From Anaerolineae bacterium (GTDB taxonomy: Bacteria; Chloroflexota; Anaerolineae; JAAYZQ01): a DNA stretch of 54,086 bases. Position numbers and translations under genes: made by a program. Location: positions 1-54,086 of the forward strand of contig JAMJFU010000003.1 of NCBI GenBank assembly GCA_023544525.1, written 5' to 3'. The notes under the pieces are model-generated. The model made no database searches and was not told the origin of the DNA. It saw only the letters and a program-made list of their open reading frames with translations. Of this stretch, positions 26,818-35,664 are shown piece by piece; within the stretch, counting starts at the first letter, position 1; each line of letters begins with the position of its first letter.

Positions 26818-26846
26818 TTGTCGCTCACTACGACTTGAGGTATAAT
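26818..26846 (+). promoter_or_regulatory. Promoter for the Crp/Fnr regulator
   Basis: TTGTCG-N17-TATAAT. Confidence 0.65.
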
Positions 26847-26896
26847 CGGAATCGCCAATTGGCCGGTACGGTCCGGCGGTCACAGAGAGGAGCAAA

Positions 26897-27577
26897 GTGA
26901 GCGACGACTCATCCGATAAATACGGCTATCTGAAGATGGTGGACATCTTTCAGGACCTGACAGAGCAGGAAATCGAAGAGATCGACCGGGCAACGACCAT
27001 GACCACCGGCCGGCGTGGCAAGATCTTTTACATGCCCGAGGATACGAGCGAAGTTCTGTTCTTGCTGAAGAAGGGCCGGGTTCAGCTCTACCGGATCTCC
27101 CCGGATGGCAAAAAGCTGGTCATTGCGACGATCGGTCCCGGCTCGATCTTTGGTGAGATGGCTCTGATCGGCCAGGGCATGCACAACACCTTCGCCGAGG
27201 CTACCGAGGACTGCGAGCTGTTGGTCATGAGCCGGGAGGATGTGGAGCACCTTCTGATTACCAAGCCCAGGGTGGCTTTGCGCATCTTTGAAGCGCTCGG
27301 CACGCGCCTCAAAGAGACCGAATCTCGCGTGGAAGAACTCGCGTTCAAAGGCATTCCTGCCCGGTTGGCTTCCCTTCTCCTGCAACTGGCCGAAGAACGG
27401 GACACGCACACGATTACGGGGCTTACCCATCAGGACCTGGGGGAGCGGATTGGAACCTACCGCGAGACGACGACCCAGACCCTGAATATGTTCAAGTCAG
27501 AGGGCCTCATCGACATTGGCCGGAAACGGATCACTCTCCTCGACGTCGATGGCCTGCAAGAGATCGCAGAGACCTGA
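26897..27577 (+). CDS. Crp/Fnr family transcriptional regulator
   Basis: cNMP-binding fold (GSIFGEMAL) and [21 protein letters not shown]; GTG start with SD AGGAG. Confidence 0.92.
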   Translation: MSDDSSDKYGYLKMVDIFQDLTEQEIEEIDRATTMTTGRRGKIFYMPEDTSEVLFLLKKGRVQLYRISPDGKKLVIATIGPGSIFGEMALIGQGMHNTFAEATEDCELLVMSREDVEHLLITKPRVALRIFEALGTRLKETESRVEELAFKGIPARLASLLLQLAEERDTHTITGLTHQDLGERIGTYRETTTQTLNMFKSEGLIDIGRKRITLLDVDGLQEIAET

Positions 27578-27641
27578 GGCGATAGACTGCAGCGCGGCAG
27601 AGCGAGCGGTAGCTGGAGAGAGGCGGCGCCCCCGTGGATAT

Positions 27642-27671
27642 GAAAATCCCCTGACCAAGTCAGGGGATTCC
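27642..27671. terminator. Terminator hairpin between the Crp regulator and degV
   Basis: AATCCCCTGAC-CAA-GTCAGGGGATT stem between convergent genes. Confidence 0.75.
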
Positions 27672-27699
27672 TGCTGTGGGTACCATCCTGCCGGCGACG

Positions 27700-28539
27700 C
27701 TACTTGTATGCAGCGACAGCGATCACCCCAGGGCCGGTGTGAGTGCCGATGACGGGGCCCACGGGACTCACGCTCGGCTCGGCGCAACCCAACAGCCGCT
27801 GCAACTCCTGGGCGATGGCGGCCGCTTCGTCAGGCACCAGGGCCTGGGCGATGGCGGCTTTGGCATCGGCGGTCTCTCCGTCGAATCGTTCTGAGACGAT
27901 CTCTAACATGCGAGCCTTGGCCTTGCCCTTTGAACGGATCTGCTCCAGAGGTTCGATGGCGCCGTCTTGCAGGACCAAGATCGGTTTGACCTTGAGCAAA
28001 GTCCCCAGGAAGGCCTTGGCGTTGCCAATACGGCCCCCTTTGGCCAGATACTCGAGCGTGTCGACTACAAAGAGGACGAGGATCTTGGCCTTGATCTCTT
28101 CGATCCGGTCCACGACCTGCTGGCGACTTGCTCCGGCCTCGATGGCCTTCACGGCTGCCTCCACCATGAGCTGCAATCCAATCGAAGTGGAGAGGGAGTC
28201 TACTACGCTGATCTCAGCATCGGGGAGCATGTCCTTGGCGGCCATCGCCGAGTTCCACGTGCCGCTCAAACGGCTGGAGATGGTCACAGTGACGATCTCG
28301 TGTCCTGCTCTGGCCAGCTCCTCAAAGACGGCGTGGAACTCGCCGGCTGAGGGCTGGGAGGTGGTGGGCAGTTCAGGGGCTTCCTTCAAGCGGGCATAGA
28401 ACTCCTCGTACGACAGATCGACTCCTTCTTTGAAATCTCGGTCATGAAAATGGACACAGAGAGGCACCACGCGAATATCGTGCTCCCGCACAAAGTCCTC
28501 ATGCAGATAGGCAGTCGAATCGGTCACTATTTTGATCAT
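27700..28539 (-). CDS. DegV/FakB family fatty-acid-binding protein
   Basis: IVTDST, PTTSQPS, ISSRLSGT, LAKGGRIG and VIGTHTGPG motifs. Confidence 0.95.
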   Translation of the reverse strand: MIKIVTDSTAYLHEDFVREHDIRVVPLCVHFHDRDFKEGVDLSYEEFYARLKEAPELPTTSQPSAGEFHAVFEELARAGHEIVTVTISSRLSGTWNSAMAAKDMLPDAEISVVDSLSTSIGLQLMVEAAVKAIEAGASRQQVVDRIEEIKAKILVLFVVDTLEYLAKGGRIGNAKAFLGTLLKVKPILVLQDGAIEPLEQIRSKGKAKARMLEIVSERFDGETADAKAAIAQALVPDEAAAIAQELQRLLGCAEPSVSPVGPVIGTHTGPGVIAVAAYK

Positions 28540-28573
28540 ACTCTTCCTTTCTCTCTCCAGGGTTGTGTGGTGG

Positions 28574-29293
28574 TCAGTCCAGGGCCTCGAGGGCGTCTTC
28601 GAGGAACTGGACCAGCAATGAGCGAGCCTCTTCACTGAGCCGGCCGAGGTTTGCCTGATAGCGCTGGGCATGTTCGAGAAGGCGTTGGGTCAGCGAGCGA
28701 CCATTCTCATCCTCGGCCGACAGCGTCGCACCGACGCTCAGCCCGGCCAGGGTTTCAAGCCCGGAACTGCCTCCGCTGCGGAGGGCTGCCAGAGCACGGA
28801 AGGGGTTGAGCCCGGCGGCCCGGCCCTTGGCGCGCTGCATGTTGAGCAGGAGGGCGCCAACCATCTCGGTACAAAACGTCAGTGGGGCATTGGCCTCTGG
28901 CAGACGGCTCAGAAAATCGCTGAGGGCTTCGCGATAGCTCGTCTCCCGGGCGCTGCGGAGGCGGTTGAGGACCACTTCCCGTACGGTCTGCCACTCCTCG
29001 CTGACCTCGGTGGTGGCAGCAACCGGCGCCAGGACAGCGCTGGCCTCGGCAGTGGGTGCAAAGACGACCATGGAACGCCCCGGGCCCGAATGCCCCGCGG
29101 CCAGGGAATAGCTCGAGGCCGCGAATCCCTTCTTCTCCAGGACTTTGAGCATATCGTAGGCCGAAAAGCGGCTGACACCCAGCTTCTTGGCTACAGCGGA
29201 ATAGTGCACAGGGGCTTTGTGCTCTTGGTAAAGCTCCCAGAGCTTGTTGAGGAATGCCTTCTGGCGGGCGGTTAACCTGGAAGCAGATCCCAT
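28574..29293 (-). CDS. Uncharacterised winged-HTH transcriptional regulator
   Basis: LTARQKAFL...PVHYSAVAKKLGVSRFSAYDMLKVLEKKG wHTH plus a helical C-terminal domain. Confidence 0.75.
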   Translation of the reverse strand: MGSASRLTARQKAFLNKLWELYQEHKAPVHYSAVAKKLGVSRFSAYDMLKVLEKKGFAASSYSLAAGHSGPGRSMVVFAPTAEASAVLAPVAATTEVSEEWQTVREVVLNRLRSARETSYREALSDFLSRLPEANAPLTFCTEMVGALLLNMQRAKGRAAGLNPFRALAALRSGGSSGLETLAGLSVGATLSAEDENGRSLTQRLLEHAQRYQANLGRLSEEARSLLVQFLEDALEALD

Positions 29294-29329
29294 TTTCACT
29301 CCCCAAAGAAACCAAAAAATCCCAGCCTC

Positions 29330-29358
29330 ATTTTACCGCTTTTGGGCAGATCTGTCAA
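29330..29358 (-). promoter_or_regulatory. Promoter for wHTH-degV
   Basis: TTGACA-N17-TAAAAT. Confidence 0.75.
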
Positions 29359-29454
29359 CTGGTAGGTGGGCCTTCTGGGGTTGCCCATGGATCGCGGAGG
29401 GAGCGTGGCCGGGATGCTGGCTGCGTGGTCGGGAAACCGTCCCAATCCGCAGGC

Positions 29455-29880
29455 TCACTCGCGTGGTCTTGGACGGGTCGCGGGCTCCATCTCTACCACG
29501 ACGCCGCCGGTCGCCGCAGCGAGCAGGTTGTAGGCGATCCCGACCAGGATGGTCATCAGTGCCAGCAGAACGCCTGTGACCAGGGCCATGAGCAGGACGG
29601 ACAGCAATAATACGGCGACAGAAGCGGAAGTCAGGACCTGTAACGTGTCCAGCACCCCTTCGAGGCCCAGGAGCCGGACGAAATCCAACGTGGTGATCTG
29701 CCGGCCCAACACAGTGAGGGTGACTTCCTGCCAGCCCTCCAGCCATTTGCGGGCGATCCCGGCCAAGCCAACACCCAGCAGGCCACAGAGCAAGCTGGGC
29801 AGGAAGGCTGCCACCACACCCAGCAGGCAGCCCATCTGCCCCAGGGAGGAGAGGTGGAAGCGGCGGATCGCGACCTTCAC
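29455..29880 (-). CDS. Small membrane protein (DUF3566-like)
   Basis: Two TM regions and a C-terminal AYNLLAAATGGVVVEM; GTGA overlap with the upstream gene. Confidence 0.65.
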   Translation of the reverse strand: MKVAIRRFHLSSLGQMGCLLGVVAAFLPSLLCGLLGVGLAGIARKWLEGWQEVTLTVLGRQITTLDFVRLLGLEGVLDTLQVLTSASVAVLLLSVLLMALVTGVLLALMTILVGIAYNLLAAATGGVVVEMEPATRPRPRE

Positions 29881-31007
29881 CCGCGGCTCCTCTGTGCCGA
29901 AGCCAGTGCCGCAGCTACCCGGAATGGGTCACTGGCAACGACGCTCTGGGCAAAGAGCTCCATGGCACCCAAGTCCGATGTGCTGTCCAGCAGCCGGCCC
30001 CGGTCGATCAGCCGGACCATGGTTGGAAAACCTTCCCATGGCTCTGGGGTGGCGGCCAGGGGGCGCTGGTACAGGGCCAGGTTAAAACTCTGCATGCCGA
30101 ATTGCTCGATAAAGGTGCACAGGACATAGTAGATCGCCGCCTTCAGATCGTCATTCAGTTCAGGGGCGATGATGAGGGTCTCTTTTTCCTTGAGGGGAGT
30201 CAGAGAGGGCAGAATGCTAGCAGTGCCCTGATCGATGGCCAGACCCAGGGCACGATGGGTCTCGATCAGATCAGTGAAATAGTCCGTGGTGTACTGCTCG
30301 CGATAGCGGCGAGCCGCCTGGCGCAGCGCCTCAATTTTGACATAATGAGACCCCCGGGTCACGGTCATCTGGGCGTGTCCATGGAGGATCGACGCACCAC
30401 TGCGCCACAGGCAATTCCACAGAAAGAACGGGTAGCAGGCCTGCGGGTCTGCCTGGTGGGCCTTTCTTGCCCAGGCCTGCGCCGTATCGATATAGTCGGC
30501 CACCTGCTCTGCCGTGAACCGCAGCGGGTCATGATCGTCAAAGATGACGACCCCGTGCCAGCCATCGTACTTGGCTATGTTCGAGGCTGTGATAGCGTGC
30601 TGGCCTTGGACCCGGCCGAACGCATCGGCGGGTGTGGCCTCTTGCGGGTGGCAAAACGATCCGCCCTCCGTGCTGTGGATTATCTCTTCCAGATCACCGC
30701 CGCCTGGGGGTGCTTGGAGGGGACGGCGGGCGCGAAGCTCGTTAAAGAGCGAACCCTCGTGTGTGACCAGGTTGGTTATCTTGACAATGCGCTGCTCGAG
30801 GGCCGCCTCGACGGACCCAAAATGCTGTGCAATCCAGCCGTGCATCGTCTCTGGCGGGACCAGCTGGCCGCTGGTCAGGTGCACCTCAAAGATCTGCCCA
30901 AAGCGGGTGCGCTCCTGGCTGGACAAGCCCTCCAGTAGCAGGTCCAGGTCGGCGATGCCTGGCTGCTCAGCACGATGGGATCGGGCCCGGGCCGCAGAGG
31001 ATGGCAT
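29877..31007 (-). CDS. GalT/HIT-superfamily nucleotidyltransferase-like protein
   Basis: FNELRARRP, FCHP and WNCLWRSGASILHGHAQ (GAS..HxHxQ) motifs; starts 2 nt after the glgA stop. Confidence 0.75.
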   Translation of the reverse strand: MPSSAARARSHRAEQPGIADLDLLLEGLSSQERTRFGQIFEVHLTSGQLVPPETMHGWIAQHFGSVEAALEQRIVKITNLVTHEGSLFNELRARRPLQAPPGGGDLEEIIHSTEGGSFCHPQEATPADAFGRVQGQHAITASNIAKYDGWHGVVIFDDHDPLRFTAEQVADYIDTAQAWARKAHQADPQACYPFFLWNCLWRSGASILHGHAQMTVTRGSHYVKIEALRQAARRYREQYTTDYFTDLIETHRALGLAIDQGTASILPSLTPLKEKETLIIAPELNDDLKAAIYYVLCTFIEQFGMQSFNLALYQRPLAATPEPWEGFPTMVRLIDRGRLLDSTSDLGAMELFAQSVVASDPFRVAAALASAQRSRG

Positions 31008-31009
31008 GG

Positions 31010-32503
31010 TCAGGCCTGGTAGCTCTCCAAGCCGGGTCGTGTGATGCGGCTGGCGATGGCCCGCCGATAGAGATCGATATACTTGTGGGCCGAACGGTCC
31101 CACGAAAAGTCAGCGCGCATGCCACGCAGCTGGATCCGCTGCCACAGATCGCGGTGCTTGAAGGTCTCGGCAGCGCGGACGATGGCCGCAAAGAGCATCC
31201 AGCGGTCATAGTCATGGAAGACGAAGCCGGTTCCCTGGCCCGTACGAGGGTCATAGTCTTGTACCGTGTCGGCCAGGCCGCCGGTGGCTCGCACAATGGG
31301 CACACTGCCGTAGTGCATGGCGACCAGCTGGTTTGTGCCACAAGGCTCCACGCGGCTGGGCATGAGGAACATATCACTGCCCGCGTGGATCCGCTGGGCG
31401 AGCGGAGTGTTGAACGTCAAAAAGATCGCCACCTGGCGGGGATACTGCTGCACCATGCGACTGAAAAGGTCATGATAGTGTTGCTCGCCAGTACCCATGA
31501 GCACGAACTGGACACCCAGGTCGAGGATGTGATCGATTGCCTCGCCCAGGATGTCAAATCCCTTCGAGTCGGTCAGCCGGGAGATGATGCCAATAAGAGG
31601 CCTGTCGGGATCCTCAGGTAGCTTGGCCTCGCGCTGCAGGGCGACCTTATTCTCGCTCCGCTGCTCAAGGCTGTTGCTGTCATAGTGAGTTGTGAGGTGT
31701 GGGTCCGTTGCCGGATTGGTTGTGTCATAGTCGATGCCGTTCAGGATGCCGAACAGGCGGTCGCGCCGGTCCCGCAGAAGGGGGTCCAGGCGTTCGCCGT
31801 ACTCTGCGGTCAGGATCTCCCGGGCATAGGTCTCGCTTACGGTGCTGATCAGGTCGGCCCAATAGATGCCCCGGCCCATCAGGTCGACAACTTCGTTCAG
31901 GTCCGCCATCTCGGGGTGGTACTGGAAGCCCCATTCGTCGATGCCGGCGATCTCGAGAACCCGGTAGCCAAAGATGCCCTGATAGGCCAGGTTATGAATG
32001 GTATAGACGGTGACGGTCTCGGCAAAGAAGGGATCCTTGCTGTAGATGGTGTTGAGCCAGTTGGGCACGATCGCTGTGTGCCAGTCGTGACAATGGATCA
32101 CGTCTGGCCGCCAGTCGAGATGCTTGAGGGCTTCGAGGATGGCCCGGCAGAAAAAGATGAACCGGTCGGCATCGTCGGGGTACATGTAGATGCCTTCCCG
32201 GTCAAAGTACCTGGCGTTGTCTACCATATAGACCGGTATGTCATTGCCGATGGTGGCTTGCAGGATGCGGGCTGGCTCGGTCGTCCGGTGTATGGGGACA
32301 GCGAACTCTGGTACGACCTCTTCGAGTTGGAACTTTTCGCGGTCGATGCGGCCATAGCGGGGCATTGCCACACGGATGTCATGCCCTTGGGCGCGGATCG
32401 CCTTGGGTAGAGCTCCGGCCACATCGGCCAGCCCTCCAGTTTTGGCAAAGGGCACGGCCTCAGCGGCGAGCAATAGGATCCTGAGCGAGCCATTGTCCTT
32501 CAT
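31010..32503 (-). CDS. glgA: Glycogen synthase
   Basis: KTGGLADV, HCHDWH, TIHNLAYQG, GILNGID and MPSRVEPCG motifs. Confidence 0.97.
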   Translation of the reverse strand: MKDNGSLRILLLAAEAVPFAKTGGLADVAGALPKAIRAQGHDIRVAMPRYGRIDREKFQLEEVVPEFAVPIHRTTEPARILQATIGNDIPVYMVDNARYFDREGIYMYPDDADRFIFFCRAILEALKHLDWRPDVIHCHDWHTAIVPNWLNTIYSKDPFFAETVTVYTIHNLAYQGIFGYRVLEIAGIDEWGFQYHPEMADLNEVVDLMGRGIYWADLISTVSETYAREILTAEYGERLDPLLRDRRDRLFGILNGIDYDTTNPATDPHLTTHYDSNSLEQRSENKVALQREAKLPEDPDRPLIGIISRLTDSKGFDILGEAIDHILDLGVQFVLMGTGEQHYHDLFSRMVQQYPRQVAIFLTFNTPLAQRIHAGSDMFLMPSRVEPCGTNQLVAMHYGSVPIVRATGGLADTVQDYDPRTGQGTGFVFHDYDRWMLFAAIVRAAETFKHRDLWQRIQLRGMRADFSWDRSAHKYIDLYRRAIASRITRPGLESYQA

Positions 32504-32542
32504 AGATGCGCCTCGCTTTCAGAGCAGTCTAGAGCCGCCCCG

Positions 32543-32571
32543 AGTCTAGCACAACTCCTGCCATTTCGCAA
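32543..32571 (-). promoter_or_regulatory. glgA promoter
   Basis: TTGCGA-N17-TAGACT with an extended -10. Confidence 0.6.
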
Positions 32572-32626
32572 GTGCCATCGAGAAATCGAGGTAGCTGCGG
32601 CAAGGTGTGGCAGGCTGGTCGTGAGC

Positions 32627-33601
32627 TCAGCTGGTCGATGAGTGCTGCCCTTCGAGCTCTTCGCGCACGGTGCGGTACAGTTCGGCGGCCCTGAGCTCCG
32701 CCAGGCAGTAGCATGGTCCACGCAGGGCACGGGCCAGGTTTTTGGCCAGGCCTCGGTCGTAGGCCTCGTGCTCCATATTGACGACCACCGAATGGATGCC
32801 CGTCTGCCCGATCAGGTCGGCCATTCTCTGTGCTTCCTCCTGTGGTGGCGTATCGGTCAACGCTACGTTGCCGGCCCCATCGGTCAGAAGGATCAGCAGG
32901 GGCATGGCCTCTGGGTATAGGCGGAGTTCGCGGCGAAATACGCGATAGGCCATCATGAGGCCCGCCGACAACGGGGTCTTGCCACCCACAGGCAGGTGAT
33001 GCAGCGCTTGCTGAGCCAGCTCTACGCTTGAGGTGAAGGGGAGCACCAGGCGAGCCTCTTCCTTCTGGAAGACAACCAGACCGACGCGGTCGCGCTTCTG
33101 GTATGCGTCGACAAGGAGCGACATGATGGCTCCCTTGGTGGCTTCCATCCGCTGGGCACCGGCCATGCTCCAACTGGCATCCACTACGAAAAGGATGAGG
33201 TTAGAAGCCCGTCGAACGCGTACCTTCTTTTGCACGTCCTGCGGCAGGATGGTGAGCCTGCCTTGCTCTGCTTCTCGCTCCAGCTGCTGGAGGGCAGCCT
33301 GGCGGATGGTCGCGTCGAGGGCAATGTCGCTGAGCTCGCCGTCTGCTGGCCGGGCCTGGATGTACCGGCCCCGCTTGCGGCTTGTTCGGGTGCTGGACCG
33401 CTTTCCGGCGCTGCGTCGTGTCAGCCGGTCCATGGGGGTCTCGAGGCGGCGCGACTTGAACATCTCGCCGATGGGCACTACCATGTCGACCTCTTGTCCG
33501 CTGCCGAGGCCAAGGGGGTCTGTGGACTGCCCTTTAATGGGTGCGCCAGCCCCCCCGGTGTCGATTTCACCGGTTTCCGGGGGCTGGTCATCCGTCACAT
33601 C
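32627..33601 (-). CDS. chlD: Linker + VWA half of a ChlD/BchD-type chelatase subunit (reached by -1 frameshift)
   Basis: RGRYIQAR, DIALDATIRQAA, MIDAS DASWS, GGKTPL and LLTDG motifs. Lies in the -1 frame relative to the upstream AAA ORF, with no clear SD. Confidence 0.85.
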   Translation of the reverse strand, partial: DVTDDQPPETGEIDTGGAGAPIKGQSTDPLGLGSGQEVDMVVPIGEMFKSRRLETPMDRLTRRSAGKRSSTRTSRKRGRYIQARPADGELSDIALDATIRQAALQQLEREAEQGRLTILPQDVQKKVRVRRASNLILFVVDASWSMAGAQRMEATKGAIMSLLVDAYQKRDRVGLVVFQKEEARLVLPFTSSVELAQQALHHLPVGGKTPLSAGLMMAYRVFRRELRLYPEAMPLLILLTDGAGNVALTDTPPQEEAQRMADLIGQTGIHSVVVNMEHEAYDRGLAKNLARALRGPCYCLAELRAAELYRTVREELEGQHSSTS

Positions 33602-33610
33602 TTTTTTTTT
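33546..33610 (-). other. Programmed -1 frameshift signal (A9G slippery site plus downstream hairpin)
   Basis: GGA AAA AAA AAG ATG TGA in frame 0 versus TGG AAA AAA AAA GAT GTG in frame -1. GC-rich hairpin at 33587-33546. Confidence 0.8.
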
Positions 33611-34713
33611 CCAGGCGACGGTTCGACCATGGAGGCGCCCGGCGCTTTTGACTGGTCCGCCTCGCGGCGGGCTTCTTCCAGCCTGTTGGACAGCTCCTCC
33701 ATGCGATTTTCGGTCTCTTGGAACGGCATGCGTTTCAGCCGATGGGGCAGGGCTAGTTCGGCTGCAACGAGGATATCCAGTTGGGTGATTGCCCTCTCTG
33801 TTGCCCCTGTGCCGTTCTGGGCGAATCGCAGCGCTGCGTGGGCCAATGCTGTTTTCAGGATGACGATGTCTGCCCGGTGGCCGTCGACCTCGAAGCTGGT
33901 GGTGAGTTCGGCGATTGTGTACAGATCCTCTGGCTGGTAGGTGACCGAATGCAGGAGCTGGCGGGCACGGCTGATCTCGAGGCCGAGCTGCTCTTCGTAG
34001 GGCTCCCACTCGGCGCGAAAGCCCTCCGGGTCGCTCTCAAACTGGACAGTGCGTTCCAGGATGGCGACCCGGGCTTGGTGCGCTGGGATGCCCTGGATCT
34101 CGACGCACAGGGCAAACCGGTCGAGGAGCTGTGGTCGCAGCTCACCCTCTTCCGGATTCATCGTGCCTACGAGGATAAACCGAGAAGGATGGCCAAACGA
34201 GATGCCCTCACGCTCCACGACGTTGCGACCCATGGCAGCCGAGTCCAGGAGCAGATCGACGACGTGATCGTCCAGCAGGTTCACCTCGTCCACGTAGAGC
34301 AGCCCGCGGTTTGCCGCGGCCAGCACTCCTGGCTCGAATTTTTTCTGACCGGTCTTGAGCGCCGCCTCGATGTCGAGGGTGCCAACAACCCGGTCTTCGG
34401 TGGCACTCACAGGCAGATCTACGAATCGAGTGCGGCGCCGGCCGACCGGCAGGTCCTCGTCCCTGGCCAGGCGCGCGCGGCAATTGTCGCACAGCCGCTC
34501 CGGACGGCGGGGATCGCAGTTGAATGGGCAGTCGGCCACGACCTCGATCTCGGGCAGGAGAGCCGCGAGAGCGCGGGCCGCGGTAGACTTGGCAGTGCCC
34601 CGTTCACCACGGATCAGGACGCCGCCGATCTTGGGACTGATGGCGTTGAGGATCAACGCCGTTTTCATTGTGTCCTGGCCGACGATAGCCGTAAAGGGAA
34701 ATATGACGTGCAT
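33595..34713 (-). CDS. chlI: ChlI-like AAA+ chelatase ATPase (N-terminal part of frameshifted chlD)
   Basis: FPFTAIVGQ, GERGTAKST, ATEDRVVG, LYVDEVNLL, MNPEEGELRPQLLDRF and LPHR motifs. Confidence 0.92.
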   Translation of the reverse strand: MHVIFPFTAIVGQDTMKTALILNAISPKIGGVLIRGERGTAKSTAARALAALLPEIEVVADCPFNCDPRRPERLCDNCRARLARDEDLPVGRRRTRFVDLPVSATEDRVVGTLDIEAALKTGQKKFEPGVLAAANRGLLYVDEVNLLDDHVVDLLLDSAAMGRNVVEREGISFGHPSRFILVGTMNPEEGELRPQLLDRFALCVEIQGIPAHQARVAILERTVQFESDPEGFRAEWEPYEEQLGLEISRARQLLHSVTYQPEDLYTIAELTTSFEVDGHRADIVILKTALAHAALRFAQNGTGATERAITQLDILVAAELALPHRLKRMPFQETENRMEELSNRLEEARREADQSKAPGASMVEPSPGKKKM

Positions 34714-34719
34714 GAAGGT

Positions 34720-35223
34720 TTAGAATACCTTGAATCGGTCTCGCTTGGCGTTACAGACCGGGCAGCGCTCGGGCGGCCCGCCAATGTGCGTAAATCCGCA
34801 GACTGGGCAGACATAGATCTCGGAGGCATCGATATCATCACCAGCCTCAGCCGCCTCTTTTGCGTCGGCGTACATGTCGGCATGGATCTTTTCAGCCTCC
34901 ATGGCGTAGGTCATGGTCCGCTCGGCGCCTTTTTCCTCTTGGACTTCAGCCACGGAGAGATAGGCCGCGTACATTTCGTCTACTTCAAAGTTCTCGCCGG
35001 CGATGGCCGCTTCGAGATTGGCGACGGTCTTGCCAACACCGCCTAGCTCCTTGAAATGGTTGATGGCATGCACTTGCTCAGCATGAGCAATCGCCCTGAA
35101 AAGGCGGGTGATGTTCGGTTTGCCTTCCTTTTCCGCCTGGGCAGCAAATGCCAGGTACTTGATGTGTGCCTGGCTCTCGCCGGCTAGCGCGCTCTTGAGG
35201 TTCTCTGTGGTCATTGCCTTCAT
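34720..35223 (-). CDS. rbr: Rubrerythrin
   Basis: AGESQA, EQVHA, GENFE and EKIH diiron motifs; rubredoxin-like CPVC...CPVC. Confidence 0.95.
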   Translation of the reverse strand: MKAMTTENLKSALAGESQAHIKYLAFAAQAEKEGKPNITRLFRAIAHAEQVHAINHFKELGGVGKTVANLEAAIAGENFEVDEMYAAYLSVAEVQEEKGAERTMTYAMEAEKIHADMYADAKEAAEAGDDIDASEIYVCPVCGFTHIGGPPERCPVCNAKRDRFKVF

Positions 35224-35277
35224 CGGTCGTTCTCCTTCTTTGGAATATGTGCTATCCGGAGCTACACAATGGCTTGC

Positions 35278-35658
35278 CTAGCTCGGCGTCCGCGGCGTAC
35301 CCAATAGCCTGCGCACCTGTTCCAACAAGCTCAGCACGCCGAACGGTTTCAGTAGATGGCCTGCCACTGGCCCCTTCTGCATGGTCTCGCGGCTGGGAGG
35401 CTCGGCAGACAACAGCACAACAGGCACTGGCTGGCTCGCGAACTGGAGCTCGAAGGCGTCGAGCAGGTTCCATGCTGCCCCATCAGGCAGATCGAGATCG
35501 AGCAGGATGAGATCAGGCCGGCCCTCGAGCAGCTGCTGCAACCCGTGCTCCTCGCTCACTGCCTCGCGCACTTGCAGCCCGAGCGCTTCCAGGTTGGCCC
35601 GGATCAGTTTTCGCATTTGCCAATTATGCTCGATTGCCAGTACGTATCGTTCCGCCAT
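35278..35658 (-). CDS. Single-domain response regulator with an atypical acidic pocket
   Basis: PDLILLDLDLP, LSA and KPF motifs; IEHN replaces the usual EDD. Confidence 0.85.
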   Translation of the reverse strand: MAERYVLAIEHNWQMRKLIRANLEALGLQVREAVSEEHGLQQLLEGRPDLILLDLDLPDGAAWNLLDAFELQFASQPVPVVLLSAEPPSRETMQKGPVAGHLLKPFGVLSLLEQVRRLLGTPRTPS

Positions 35659-35664
35659 GCCCTC

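Noticed and set aside
33602-34009. ORF-track N-terminal extension of the VWA ORF
   Set aside because: It overlaps the AAA gene in another frame and translates to non-protein-like sequence.
32627-34713. Photosynthesis (Mg-chelatase) gene cluster, or a pseudogene
   Set aside because: No bch/chlH genes are nearby, and both halves are intact with the break at a canonical slippery site, which favours recoding over decay.
35244-35270. Imperfect palindrome TGTG..TCCGGA..CACA upstream of rubrerythrin
   Set aside because: The spacing does not fit Rex, CRP, Fur or PerR boxes; too weak to call.
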